Positions 10,215-20,462 of a DNA stretch of 64,000 nt are shown here, piece by piece (position 1 is the first letter of the stretch; every line of letters begins with the position of its first letter). The notes under the pieces are model-generated. The model searched no databases, was not told the DNA's origin, and was given only the letters and a program-made list of their open reading frames with translations. The DNA is from Candidatus Poribacteria bacterium (GTDB lineage Bacteria > Poribacteria > WGA-4E > WGA-3G): positions 35,441 to 99,440 of the forward strand of contig RKRR01000153.1 of the NCBI GenBank assembly GCA_007571305.1. The letters are read 5' to 3'. The translations under genes were made by a program, and so were the position numbers.

Positions 10215-11000
10215 ATGCTAACACCTGAAGAAAATTGGTTCTTTGATCATCACGGATTCATAATCCTTCGTAAAGTTGTGCTGCCTGAAGATGTTGAGAA
10301 AATGATTGAACTCGGTAACCAATGGCACGACACACCCTTGGATGAGCTTCCTCCACCGCTCACCTCTACCTCTCGAACAGGTAATCATTCCCCGACGATT
10401 GCCCATTGGATTAATCATATCCAATACGGCGATCCCGTCTTCCAACGGCTTGTGCTTAACCGAGAGATTCTGCGGGTGATTATCGCCCTGACGCGAGGAA
10501 CTCCCTGTCTCGTTGATTGCGCATTGACGAAGAATTACAAAACCTCTGATGATATCCACTTCCATGCCTCCGGTCAAGATTATAGTGTTGACGCGTCAGG
10601 CCCTCGTGCGGGTTTCCTTAATGCTGCTATCTCCTTGGTAGATGTGCCACCGGGAACAGGGTTCGTCTGTCTACCCGGAAGCCATAAGCGCAACTTTGAT
10701 CCACCTGACGACCTCTCAATTTACGATGGACCACCTACGGTTATAAACGTCCCTGTCAACGCTGGTGATTGTGTCATCTTTACAGAAGCACTCTATCACG
10801 GCGGAAGACGCTGGACAGAATCCTACCCCCGATACACTATTTTTAATCGCTATATTGATAATGCATCGCACAACTCCCTTCCCATTGAAAACCATAAATA
10901 TCTGATTTCGGATGAGGTCTATGAATTGGAACAACCCGCAGTTCAGGGACAGCGAAAGCGGGTCGTAGAACGTATCCTGAGTGAATTGGATGCACATTGA
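10215..11000 (+). CDS. phytanoyl-CoA dioxygenase (PhyH) family protein
   Basis: An N-terminal HHGF(I/V)IL motif and a 2-His-1-carboxylate arrangement typical of PhyH Fe(II)/2OG dioxygenases. Confidence 0.7.
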   Translation: MLTPEENWFFDHHGFIILRKVVLPEDVEKMIELGNQWHDTPLDELPPPLTSTSRTGNHSPTIAHWINHIQYGDPVFQRLVLNREILRVIIALTRGTPCLVDCALTKNYKTSDDIHFHASGQDYSVDASGPRAGFLNAAISLVDVPPGTGFVCLPGSHKRNFDPPDDLSIYDGPPTVINVPVNAGDCVIFTEALYHGGRRWTESYPRYTIFNRYIDNASHNSLPIENHKYLISDEVYELEQPAVQGQRKRVVERILSELDAH

Positions 11001-11499
11001 GGTGTTACGATACAAACCCCCAAACTGCCGAACATAAGGCGGATCCACTCGGAAAATCGAGGCAAATGGCCCTGTCTCTGTGTGTGGCAATATCTTTTCC
11101 CGAAACCGGGACATAATCCAATATGTTGACACCAACATTGAGACCGTATTGAAGAGGAAATGAAAACGCAATTCCTAAGAAACTTCTTCCGCTTGAAAAA
11201 GAGTTCTATCCAGATATACCTTCTATCATCTACAGAGCACTAAATCTATCTGCTTTCAGAGGGGCCTTCTGGCTGCTGACGACTGATTAACTATTTGCTG
11301 ACAACCATTCCCCAATTTAAAACCTTTCTCAAAAATACCAGAAGTGATATACTGATATATTGACAGATATACGGAACAAAATACTCTGGTGCGCTGTCAG
11401 ATTTATAAGTGTGGTACTATAAGGTGTTCTGACAGGCACGCTACGTTAAACATTCAGCCCTTTTTTTTCGTCTTAAAATTGCAGATACACATAAAATAC

Positions 11500-12837
11500 A
11501 TGAGGAGGAGCAGAAATTTGCACCATCGAAAACCGATCTTTTGCCGGCTATTTGTCTGCCTTTTTCTGGTTGCCGTTCCTATGTCCGCCATTGCTGGCGA
11601 TTGGCCAACGTGGCGAGGCCCAAATCAGGACGGCACCTCTGTTGAGACAGGGTTAATCTCATCTTGGTCGATCGAAGGTGAGAACCTTCTCTGGAAGGCA
11701 GAATTTATAGGGCGTTCTACACCGATCGTTCTTAACGATAGAGTCTACGTTATTGGACGCGTCGGTAAAGACCTCACTGAACAGGAACGCATCGCCTGCT
11801 TCGATGCAGAAACCGGCGAACTGATCTGGAATTATCAATTCAACGTCTTTCATACCACCATCTCCTTCAACCGAGTTGGATGGACGAGTCTCGCTGGTGA
11901 TCCAGAAACTGGGAACATCTATGCACACGGTGTCCAAGGACTCTTTTTCTGTTTCAATGAAGATGGAGATATCCTCTGGTCCCGTTCACTCACGGAGGAG
12001 TATGGACGGATATCCGGTTATGGAGGACGCGTCCACACACCGATTATCGCAGGCGACCTCGTCGTAATTAGCTATCTCAATTCGAGTTGGGGCGACCAAG
12101 CCGCGACACGCCACCGCTATTTTGCTTTTGATAAACGCACCGGCGAACTTATTTGGGTTTCAACTCCGGGCGGAAGACCGTTAGACACAACCTATTCTAC
12201 ACCCGTCGTTGTCGATATCAACGGACAACCACTCATCATCGGCGGCAACGCCGATGGCGGTATCTATGCCATGAAACAAGGCACCGGTGAGATGGTCTGG
12301 GGATTTAAGCTGAGTCAACGTGGTATTAATACGTCCGTCATCGTGTCGGGCACAAAAGTCTATGCATCGCATAGCGAAGAAAATATAGATAGTACCGATA
12401 TGGGGCGGGTCGTTTGTATTGACGCTACCGGTTCTGGTGATGTCACCAAAACCCACGAACTCTGGCGGTATGATGCAGTCAACGTCGGATACGCGTCCCC
12501 TACAATTCACGGTGGACACCTCTATGTTGTGGATAATTCAGCGAATGTTCACGCTGTCAGTGCGGATACAGGGGAGCTCCTCTGGATGCACAATATCGGC
12601 AAAGTTGGGAAAGGATCACCTGCTTGGGCTGATGGTAAACTCTACGTCACAGAAGTCAACGGCGGATTTATTATCCTTCAACCCGACGAAAGCGAGTGTC
12701 AGACACTGAGTGTCCAAGAGATAAGTCGATCTGAGGAAGATCACTACGTCGAAATCTACGGATCACCTGCTATTGCCGACGGACGCATCTATTTCACCAC
12801 GGAGGAAAACCTCTACTGTATCGGGAGGAAAGAATAA
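11500..12837 (+). CDS. secreted PQQ-like beta-propeller repeat protein
   Basis: A signal peptide followed by WPTWRGPNQDG. Repeated Y/W-rich beta-propeller blades are present (Gel(l/i)W motifs). The start is the ATG at 11500, preceded by a poly-T stretch. Confidence 0.7.
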   Translation: MRRSRNLHHRKPIFCRLFVCLFLVAVPMSAIAGDWPTWRGPNQDGTSVETGLISSWSIEGENLLWKAEFIGRSTPIVLNDRVYVIGRVGKDLTEQERIACFDAETGELIWNYQFNVFHTTISFNRVGWTSLAGDPETGNIYAHGVQGLFFCFNEDGDILWSRSLTEEYGRISGYGGRVHTPIIAGDLVVISYLNSSWGDQAATRHRYFAFDKRTGELIWVSTPGGRPLDTTYSTPVVVDINGQPLIIGGNADGGIYAMKQGTGEMVWGFKLSQRGINTSVIVSGTKVYASHSEENIDSTDMGRVVCIDATGSGDVTKTHELWRYDAVNVGYASPTIHGGHLYVVDNSANVHAVSADTGELLWMHNIGKVGKGSPAWADGKLYVTEVNGGFIILQPDESECQTLSVQEISRSEEDHYVEIYGSPAIADGRIYFTTEENLYCIGRKE

Positions 12838-13760
12838 TGAAAAATTGTATCCCACTTTACGTTATCTTGATGGTGTGCGTCCTCTCTGTCGGTTGTGCCA
12901 GCAAGGAAATGGCACCGGAGTTGATGAGTATGTCAACTGCACCTGCTGTTTCACTCCTGATTACACCCGCCGAAACCCTTACATCAGGTGATCCCGTTGA
13001 GTTGAATGTTATTGGTTTCGATGCAGATGGAAAACAGACGAGTGCAATCGGTGCTATAGAATGGGGACTCATCGGCTTAGTTGGAGCATTTGAAGATGGC
13101 ACATTTACACCCGATAAAAGTGCTGAGGCGCATGCAGGAACGGTCACTGCTCAATCGGGTGATATAAAGGCAACGGCTCGCGTCCGTGTTGTTCCTCCGC
13201 TCCCGTGGACAGAGGATTTTGAGACAATCGAACTTGAAAAAATACCCACGCACTGGATCGGTGCGACTGGCAAATTCTTTGTGCGTGAAAAGGACGGTGG
13301 TAAGGTCTTAGTCAAAACACCTGTCCAACGCGGCTTAAACCGGTCCAACGTCTATCTCGGTCCCTCAACGATGAAGGACTATCAAATTCAAGTTGACTTG
13401 ATGGGAACGAAAAATAAACGTAGACTGCCGGACTTGGGATTAATTGCCAACCGCTACACATTGGATATGCAGGGCAGGCATCAACGTTTGCAGATCCGTT
13501 CGTGGGCATCCGATTTACGTATGGCGAAGACAATCGATTTTCCGTGGGAGACGGATGTTTGGTATACAATGAAAATGATGGTAGAAATTATGGATGACAA
13601 AGCCATCATCCGTGGAAAAGTATGGAAAACTGGTGAATCTGAACCCGCAGCATGGACGATTACTGCCGAAGATCCCCTACCGAATCGCGAGGGAAGCCCC
13701 GGTATCTACGGTTACTCCGCAACTGAAATTTATTACGACAACCTAAAAGTATGGTATTAG
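12837..13760 (+). CDS. lipoprotein with bacterial Ig-like (Big_2) domain
   Basis: The lipobox LSVGC follows the signal peptide. The Big_2-like segment is NVIGFDADGKQTS...GTVTAQSGDIKATARVRVV. ATGA overlaps the upstream stop. Confidence 0.55.
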   Translation: MKNCIPLYVILMVCVLSVGCASKEMAPELMSMSTAPAVSLLITPAETLTSGDPVELNVIGFDADGKQTSAIGAIEWGLIGLVGAFEDGTFTPDKSAEAHAGTVTAQSGDIKATARVRVVPPLPWTEDFETIELEKIPTHWIGATGKFFVREKDGGKVLVKTPVQRGLNRSNVYLGPSTMKDYQIQVDLMGTKNKRRLPDLGLIANRYTLDMQGRHQRLQIRSWASDLRMAKTIDFPWETDVWYTMKMMVEIMDDKAIIRGKVWKTGESEPAAWTITAEDPLPNREGSPGIYGYSATEIYYDNLKVWY

Positions 13761-13873
13761 TGGTTATCGGTTTTCAGTGAAGAGATTATTGTGGCATTCA
13801 AGGATACTGGAACCGCCACAACCCTTTAACGGACTACTGAAGGCTGACAACTATTAAAGAAGGAGCCATTCAA

Positions 13874-15328
13874 TTGAAACTTTTTTGGAAATCTCAATAT
13901 ATCTACATCCTAAACCTTGCACTGTTACTCATTTTTGCGGTATCCATTGCTTCAGCGGAGAAAGAGTTCGCTTTATGGGGCGGCACGTTAAGCCGAAACA
14001 TGATATCCGATGAAACGAATATCCCTGGGCGTTGGGATATGGAAACCGGCGAGAATATTAAATGGACAGCGGAACTCGGTTCCCAAAGTTACGCTGGACC
14101 GCTTATCATCGGTGGAAAGGTCTTTGTCGGAACAAACAACAAAGCACTTTACAATCCTAAATTGACCGGCGACCGCGGGGTCATCATGGCGTTTAACGAA
14201 TCCGATGGCAAATTTCTATGGCAAGCCACCCATACCAAGCTTACTTCGGGACGTGTTAACGACTGGCCCCTACAGGGGATTTGCTCCACGCCGTTCATTG
14301 AAGGTGACCGACTCTACTACATCTCCAACCGTTGTGAAGTCGTCTGTGTTGACACTGAAGCCTTCCTTGATGGTGAAAACGACGGTCCCTTTACCGAAGA
14401 AACAGAAACAAGCGAGATTGATGCCGACATCATCTGGAGCTATGACATGATGGATGAGCTGGATGTTTTTCCGCATAACCTTGCGACCTGCTCACCGCTT
14501 GTTGTGGGAGATCTCATCTTTTTGGAAACGAGCAACGGCGTTGATGAGGGACATATCCATATCCCCTCACCCGACGCTCCATCCTTTATTGCTCTCAATA
14601 AAAACACAGGTGAACTCGTATGGGAAGATGCCTCACCCGGTGAAAATATACTACACGGGCAGTGGTCGAACCCCGCCTACGGCGTTATCAATGGTGTTCC
14701 ACAGGTTATCATCCCCGGGGGCGACGGTTGGGTTTACGCCTTTGCACCGGAAACGGGCGATATTATCTGGCAGTTCGACTGCAACCCCAAAGATTCCGTT
14801 TGGGAACTCGGTGGACGCGGCACCCGAAACAATATCATCTCAACCCCTGTCGTCTATGATGACAAAGTCTTTGTCGCTGTCGGACAAGACCCGGAGCACG
14901 GCGAAGGCGTGGGGCATCTCTGGTGTATTGATGCCTCACAAACCGGTGATATTACCGAAACCGCGGGCATTTGGCACTTCGGCGATGAACAATTCAATCG
15001 TACAATGTCCACTGTAGCCATCGCTGATGGGCTACTCTACATTTCGGATCTGAGTGGATTTCTTTATTGCTTGGATGTGAACACAGGAGACCTTTATTGG
15101 ACGCATGACACTTTCGCTGCAATCTGGGGATCGCCTTATGTTGTAGACGGTAAGGTCTACCTTGGTGATGAGGACGGTGATGTTGTAGTGCTAAAGACAG
15201 GGAAAACGAAGCAAGTCCTGTTTGAAACCAATATGGGGAGTGCTGTCTATACGACACCTGTGGCAAAGGATGGTGTGCTTTACATCGTAACCCGTAATAC
15301 GCTTATTGCGATAGAAGGAAAAGAGTAA
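13874..15328 (+). CDS. secreted PQQ-like beta-propeller repeat protein (paralog of 11500..12837)
   Basis: TTG start with an AAGGAG ribosome-binding site. A signal peptide is present. Repeated G(D/E)L(I/V)W blades are similar to the upstream paralog. Confidence 0.7.
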   Translation: MKLFWKSQYIYILNLALLLIFAVSIASAEKEFALWGGTLSRNMISDETNIPGRWDMETGENIKWTAELGSQSYAGPLIIGGKVFVGTNNKALYNPKLTGDRGVIMAFNESDGKFLWQATHTKLTSGRVNDWPLQGICSTPFIEGDRLYYISNRCEVVCVDTEAFLDGENDGPFTEETETSEIDADIIWSYDMMDELDVFPHNLATCSPLVVGDLIFLETSNGVDEGHIHIPSPDAPSFIALNKNTGELVWEDASPGENILHGQWSNPAYGVINGVPQVIIPGGDGWVYAFAPETGDIIWQFDCNPKDSVWELGGRGTRNNIISTPVVYDDKVFVAVGQDPEHGEGVGHLWCIDASQTGDITETAGIWHFGDEQFNRTMSTVAIADGLLYISDLSGFLYCLDVNTGDLYWTHDTFAAIWGSPYVVDGKVYLGDEDGDVVVLKTGKTKQVLFETNMGSAVYTTPVAKDGVLYIVTRNTLIAIEGKE

Positions 15329-15517
15329 GTGTCGGAATATTAAAACCCAAGTTGCCAGTTTGTCGCATCACCTATGAGAATGTGCATCTTTGCACCGAAA
15401 ATCACACAGGATACACCAAATCTTTAAATATGTGCATCGAAAAAGTGTGGAAAATTTTGCAAGGTGAGCAAATAGCACCAGGCAAATTAGAGGCAAAAGA
15501 CAGGGATGTAGAGACAG

Positions 15518-16165
15518 GTGAAGTACGCATACATCACCAATCCCGGGCAGGAACATCAGATGGCGTACAGTAATTTTACCTTAAAGACAGTACGGACACA
15601 ATTTGACCTTGAGGAAGTGGATATTCCAGGTATTTTCTCTGATGTGGAACCACTCGCTCCGAGCAAACTCCTCACAGATGTCTTAGATCGAAATATACCT
15701 TTAGCGACCGCTATCAGCACCGAAAAAGCGAAGTCAGAAATGATTGTCGCCAATGTTCTTATTGAACTCCGTGAGCACTTTAAGCGTCGCATCAGTCTTT
15801 TTTCAGGTATTGATTTTAACGTTGATCCTGATGCCAACTTAACTGGGGTATGTGATTTCGTTGTTAGCCTTTCACCTATCCAGTTTGATCTGGAGGCACC
15901 TGTTATTGTCCTTGTTGAGGCAAAGAATGATAATTTGGAAGTTGGGCTCGGACAGTGCGTCGCGGAGATGGTAGCCGCACAACATTTTAACGCTGAAGAG
16001 AAAAATGACATTCCGTGCGTCTATGGAACAACTACCACTGGTGTTCTTTGGCGATTCCTCAAATTGAAGGGCAAGAAACTGTACATTGATATGTCTGTGT
16101 ACCAAATTGAGCGGTGTGACAAAATCCTTGGTATTTTGGCAAACATGGTAGGACAGAAGACATAA
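15518..16165 (+). CDS. hypothetical PD-(D/E)xK nuclease-fold protein
   Basis: GVCDFVVS...(about 20 aa)...VIVLVEAKND matches the D...(D/E)xK core. An alternative ATG start lies at 15560. Confidence 0.45.
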   Translation: MKYAYITNPGQEHQMAYSNFTLKTVRTQFDLEEVDIPGIFSDVEPLAPSKLLTDVLDRNIPLATAISTEKAKSEMIVANVLIELREHFKRRISLFSGIDFNVDPDANLTGVCDFVVSLSPIQFDLEAPVIVLVEAKNDNLEVGLGQCVAEMVAAQHFNAEEKNDIPCVYGTTTTGVLWRFLKLKGKKLYIDMSVYQIERCDKILGILANMVGQKT

Positions 16166-16210
16166 GATGATTAACCGGCTCAGAATTGATGCAAGAAGGC
16201 TTTTACCGAA

Positions 16211-17284
16211 ATGAATCTCTCTGAAAAAATTGCGAAAGCCCAAATGAAACTTGATGCACACGTACAGGACATTGTGCACTGGCATTTTAATCCGGAGACA
16301 GGCTGTCCGTTTTGGTTGGAGTTTGCAGAGAACCTCGACTTCGACCCGCGTAAAGAAATTGGAGGTTATGCGGACCTCAAGTGTCTCGGACATTTCGAGG
16401 ACGAATGGCTCCGCGGTGGACCGGTGCGGCGTTGGGTGCCAAAGGCTTACGCTAATGATCCGATTTATGTCTTCGAAACAGGCGGTTCGACGGGTATCCC
16501 TAAATCGAGAATCAGTGTTCGTGATTTTCACATTGATTATGAAATATTCAGTGAATCGCTTTCCGATGAAGGATTTCCGCCCGGTAGCGATTGGCTCATG
16601 TTGGGTCCGACAGGCCCCCGCCGTTTACGACTTGCTGTTGAGCATCTCGCCCAGCATCGTGGCGGTATCTGTTTCCATGTGGACCTCGATCCGCGTTGGG
16701 TGAATCAACTCGTACGTTACGGGAAAAATGAGGAGTTGGACACCTATAAGAACCATGTTATCGGACAAGCTCTCAACGTGCTGCGCGCCCATGAAAACGT
16801 TCAATGCCTCTTTACCACGCCGAAACTGTTGGAGGCATTGTGTGAAAAAATTTCCTTATCGAAGGTTGGTATTAAAGGTATCTTTTGTGGAGGTACCGAG
16901 ATGGATGCGCAATTCCACCGTTTTGCCCGTGAGGAACTCGTACCAGGCATTGATTTTATCCCTACCTACGGCAATACACTGATGGGATTAGCTGCTTGTA
17001 AACCCTTCAATCCAGCAGATAATTATGCTATTATCTATTATCCGCCACAACCGCGTGCTGTTATTGAACTGGTTAACCCAGAAAATCCAGAGGAACTTGT
17101 CGGTTACGGCGAAACCGGGCGTGTTATGCTCACGACGCTGACGAAAGAATTTTTCATGCCGCGTTTCTTGGAACGTGACGAAGCTGAACGCGCGAAACCG
17201 ATTCCGGAATACCCTTGGGACGGCGTCGAAAACCTCCGCCTGCTCACGGAACTCCAAGAAAGCGTCGTCGTAGGAGTTTACTAA
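16211..17284 (+). CDS. adenylate-forming enzyme, PaaK/F390-synthetase-like family
   Basis: The AMP-binding P-loop-like motif FETGGSTGIPK is present, with downstream GIFCGGTEMD and YGNTLMG motifs in PaaK order. It lacks an obvious C-terminal subdomain. Confidence 0.55.
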   Translation: MNLSEKIAKAQMKLDAHVQDIVHWHFNPETGCPFWLEFAENLDFDPRKEIGGYADLKCLGHFEDEWLRGGPVRRWVPKAYANDPIYVFETGGSTGIPKSRISVRDFHIDYEIFSESLSDEGFPPGSDWLMLGPTGPRRLRLAVEHLAQHRGGICFHVDLDPRWVNQLVRYGKNEELDTYKNHVIGQALNVLRAHENVQCLFTTPKLLEALCEKISLSKVGIKGIFCGGTEMDAQFHRFAREELVPGIDFIPTYGNTLMGLAACKPFNPADNYAIIYYPPQPRAVIELVNPENPEELVGYGETGRVMLTTLTKEFFMPRFLERDEAERAKPIPEYPWDGVENLRLLTELQESVVVGVY

Positions 17285-17795
17285 ATCGTCCTAATATAAA
17301 AGATAAACAATGTTAGACTTCAGTAGTGCCCTTAGCAATACAGCGAGTGTGCAAGTGCAAGCACATTGGGAGCTAATCAGTGTTTCAGTGTCCGATAGTT
17401 ACTTTGATGAAAAGCGATCAGGAGCGTCATGACTTCGCTCGGGTGGAGGCTTCTCGGATGCCCCCGGATTTCAGAAGCCGCCTTGCTGGGAAGGCAGTAT
17501 CTACGGATATGTGCTTCATAGAGAAGAAAAAAGTCGTCTACCTTGCAGAAAAGCGATACAATACCCATCAGAGAACTCCTTTGGGTGAAGAAAATGAAAC
17601 GGATTTACTTCATTATACCAAAAGGGTCTCTTTGTTGAAAAAATAGACAAATATTTATCAAACTCACGTTATTTATCAATCTCACGGGGTTTATGGTTAC
17701 CCCAAACACAACGCCTGCCGTGTCCATCCATCACCTGTATCGCTGTGGGACAGCGATAGAGACACGCGGGAAACACAGGAGGCGAAAACGAACAG

Positions 17796-18557
17796 ATGTT
17801 TATCCGAAAATACTGGTTATCGGTGTCTGTGGTGCTCATAGCGATTGTTGCCACAGGGCTCTACTTGCTACAGACACAGCACCCCCCGGAACCGATTGTG
17901 ATTTACAAGGCCATAGACCCTATGCCGACATCCCAACGCAAGACAGATACGGTATCGGTAGGCTCAGACACAGTGCCACCAGCAACAGGCCCCTTCATAC
18001 AAACGCAAGCACTTCCGATAGAAGTAGAAGCCCCTGGTGATGTGTCCGCCACGGTCTTTGATACGACCGCGGAACGCCCTATCGTGGACACGGAGGATAT
18101 CTTTGAAACGAATATGGAAGCCTTCCCTGATGAATCCTCTAAAGCCCCTGCAGATAAGTCCGAGGCTCCTACGAACGAGCAGACGATAAAATTCATAAAT
18201 TCTCACTTTGAACGAGCAGTAGACTTGCTTGATGAAAGATCTAGAATTCGCAAGCGCCGCAAATATTTGCGTCTATCAAATGGACGTACGGGTTTTACCC
18301 AGTCTCCAGAAGATAAAGCGCGTCTCGACGAGATTAAGTATGAACGCTATGAGATCCTGCGGCGTATCGGCGAAAAAGTGCCTGGTGCCATTGAAGTCAA
18401 ACTGTTTCAGCATCCTTCGGGCAGGCTTGGATTGACCCAGTATTATTCTCCCGATGTTTTTCAACGAGAATTAGGGACTGTACCAACAGGGTTCCAGAAA
18501 TATGAAGCGGTCCTCGGATCTAGTTTGAAAAATCAGGTTAATTTGCCGAAGCAATAA
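17796..18557 (+). CDS. membrane-anchored hypothetical protein (N-terminal TM helix + conserved C-terminal domain)
   Basis: AGGAGG ribosome-binding site. A single N-terminal transmembrane helix is followed by a Pro/Thr-rich linker. The C-terminal domain (INSHFERAVDLLDERSRIRKRRKYL...) is paralogous to 19726..20049. Confidence 0.5.
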   Translation: MFIRKYWLSVSVVLIAIVATGLYLLQTQHPPEPIVIYKAIDPMPTSQRKTDTVSVGSDTVPPATGPFIQTQALPIEVEAPGDVSATVFDTTAERPIVDTEDIFETNMEAFPDESSKAPADKSEAPTNEQTIKFINSHFERAVDLLDERSRIRKRRKYLRLSNGRTGFTQSPEDKARLDEIKYERYEILRRIGEKVPGAIEVKLFQHPSGRLGLTQYYSPDVFQRELGTVPTGFQKYEAVLGSSLKNQVNLPKQ

Positions 18558-18699
18558 AATGCGGGATATTTTTCGTGGCACGTATGCTTTTTGGACAAAT
18601 AGGGGAGGTCCTTGATGCCACTCACGGACATCTCATCGTAGAAAACGTTTTCATGATTGCTGATAGCCACGTTTTTGATCAAGGATAACGACAGCCGCC

Positions 18700-19497
18700 A
18701 TGAGATTTTTTCATCATATTTTCTTTGCGATTATCGCCGGGGTTTTGATGGGTCCCTCATCTTTATTCGCAAAGCCCCATGAACCGTCGCCAGCCGGCGG
18801 TGGCTGGCTTGAACTCAATAGGAATATCCGCCCCGTCGAAAGCGGAACTTCTTGGTTCCCAGAGGCGTTAGAACCTCTCACCCTTGAAGCGTGGGTATAC
18901 ATAGAGGAACCACCGAGCATCCAAAACGCTTTCTCCATTGTGGGACAAACAAACCGTTTCACGTGGACGATTCTCGGTACACATAGAGATAGTAACTCTG
19001 ATGGGGTTCGTGACTCTATCGGGGACATCCTTGCCATGAGTGCAAATGATTCTTGCGGTATGGTGACTGCACATCTCCCCGCGAAACAGTGGGTGCACTA
19101 CGTGGCAATCATTGACCGTGGGGTGGCTCTCGGGAGTAACGGGCGTATCACAGGAAAAAGTCTCGGCGAACCTTTAGTATTTGCCAACAACAAACTCGTC
19201 ATCGGTGGGAGCCCCCTTTTGACAGAAACCGGGTTTCCAAAAGATCAGAGAACTCTCCAGGCTACAGGCGTGTATATTGACGAACTGAGAATTAGTCAAG
19301 GGCTTCGCTACGCCCCGGGTCACCAATATACGCTTCCAATGAGATCTTTTACACCCGACGCGCGGACATTAGGACTCTACCATTTTGACGAGGAATTGAC
19401 AACGCACTACGAAGATGCCTCGGAACACCAGATGACGTTAATCCGTCGTGGGATAAACGCCGCGTCCCATTCGGACGATAACGACACGCAACCGTAG
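18700..19497 (+). CDS. secreted LamG/concanavalin-A-like domain protein
   Basis: A signal peptide is present. The jelly-roll signature LEAWVYIEE...WVHYVAII...DELRIS resembles the protein at 9291..10136. Confidence 0.55.
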   Translation: MRFFHHIFFAIIAGVLMGPSSLFAKPHEPSPAGGGWLELNRNIRPVESGTSWFPEALEPLTLEAWVYIEEPPSIQNAFSIVGQTNRFTWTILGTHRDSNSDGVRDSIGDILAMSANDSCGMVTAHLPAKQWVHYVAIIDRGVALGSNGRITGKSLGEPLVFANNKLVIGGSPLLTETGFPKDQRTLQATGVYIDELRISQGLRYAPGHQYTLPMRSFTPDARTLGLYHFDEELTTHYEDASEHQMTLIRRGINAASHSDDNDTQP

Positions 19498-19525
19498 GTA
19501 TTTCGTCGAAGTTCAGAAGGTTGAT

Positions 19526-20049
19526 ATGAAATTTCCTTATCTTTTTAGTATCATTTTGATTGGCGCGCTGTCACTCACTCTCCTTGTGATAAACCACCGG
19601 GACACCCTCTCCCATATGTTCGGAAGCATTGGGCATCACGGGAAACTTTCAGAGGGGCATCCCCACCTGGGGAACATGGCAAGGACAACACAGACGCTTC
19701 GGTCCGTGAGGCTGTCCCCCCTGATGTGTTTGTTGATCAAACTCCCGAAGTAAAAGCGTTAACACAACTTGTCAATAATCACTTTGAGAAGGCAACTCAC
19801 TTGTATCAGGAAAGATTAGAGATTCGAAAGCGGAGGCAGCCCAACGGTCAGTATTCCCCGCGTGATCAAAAGCGGTTACGGGAAATTCATATCGCGGTGT
19901 ACTCTCACTTAAAAGCAATTGATGACGAAATTGAAGGATCCACACAACCTTATCTCTCGCGTCGGAGTGGGAACATAAAATGCGGCTACTTTCTTGAACC
20001 GGAAAAACTCAAGTCACGGTTAGGAATTGTTCCAGAAGAATATTATTGA
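19526..20049 (+). pseudogene. frameshifted paralog of 17796..18557 (TM helix in one frame, conserved C-terminal domain in another)
   Basis: The ORF 19526..19753 encodes the transmembrane helix (frame 2). Frame 1 is open from about 19549 to 20049 and encodes KPPGHPLPYVRK...LVNNHFEKATHLYQERLEIRKRRQ, homologous to the linker and C-terminal domain of 17796. The frames switch around 19560-19620. Confidence 0.45.
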
Positions 20050-20462
20050 TAGGACTTACAGAATTGGATGCGTCCGGTATCCGTTTGTTGCCAGCGCAGT
20101 TTGCAGGACGACTGATATTGAATCGAAAGGAAGAAACGGTTGTCGAATTTTCTCTGTTTCTTCCGTCACGCAATAGCAATGTAGATGTTAATGCGTTCGG
20201 AGCAGCAGATATGGCTTTCATTCCTCGCATGGAACTCTTCACTTTATCAAGTATACCTATACGCGAGATAGCATGGGAAACAGCTATCACTGAAGAAAAA
20301 GCCCGTAAAAAGTTAGCGACTGCGTTCTATAAGTTTGCTAAAATTGAGTGGGTCCCAATTGAAAATGCCGTTGAACTCGCGACAGTTATAAATCGTCCTA
20401 TCCATGCGTTAGTTTTATTTGGTGCACTTGATGGTGAATCGTGCTGAGGGTCAGGTAAAATT

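Noticed and set aside
14454-15017. A 187-aa plus-strand ORF in an alternative frame within the PQQ-propeller gene
   Set aside because: It is an out-of-frame overlap of a coherent 484-aa repeat protein. Its composition is Pro/Ser-rich, typical of an off-frame artefact.
15872-16531. A 219-aa minus-strand ORF spanning the junction of the PD-(D/E)xK and PaaK-like genes
   Set aside because: It is antisense to two ORFs that carry clear motifs. No ribosome-binding site or domains are present.
17285-17795. A structured ncRNA or riboswitch in the 510-bp gap before 17796 (several small hairpins, with direct repeats TATCAAACTCACG / TATCAATCTCACG)
   Set aside because: I could not match it to any known RNA family by eye (tmRNA, SRP, RNase P, 6S, and T-box motifs are all absent). 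It is left as unexplained intergenic sequence.
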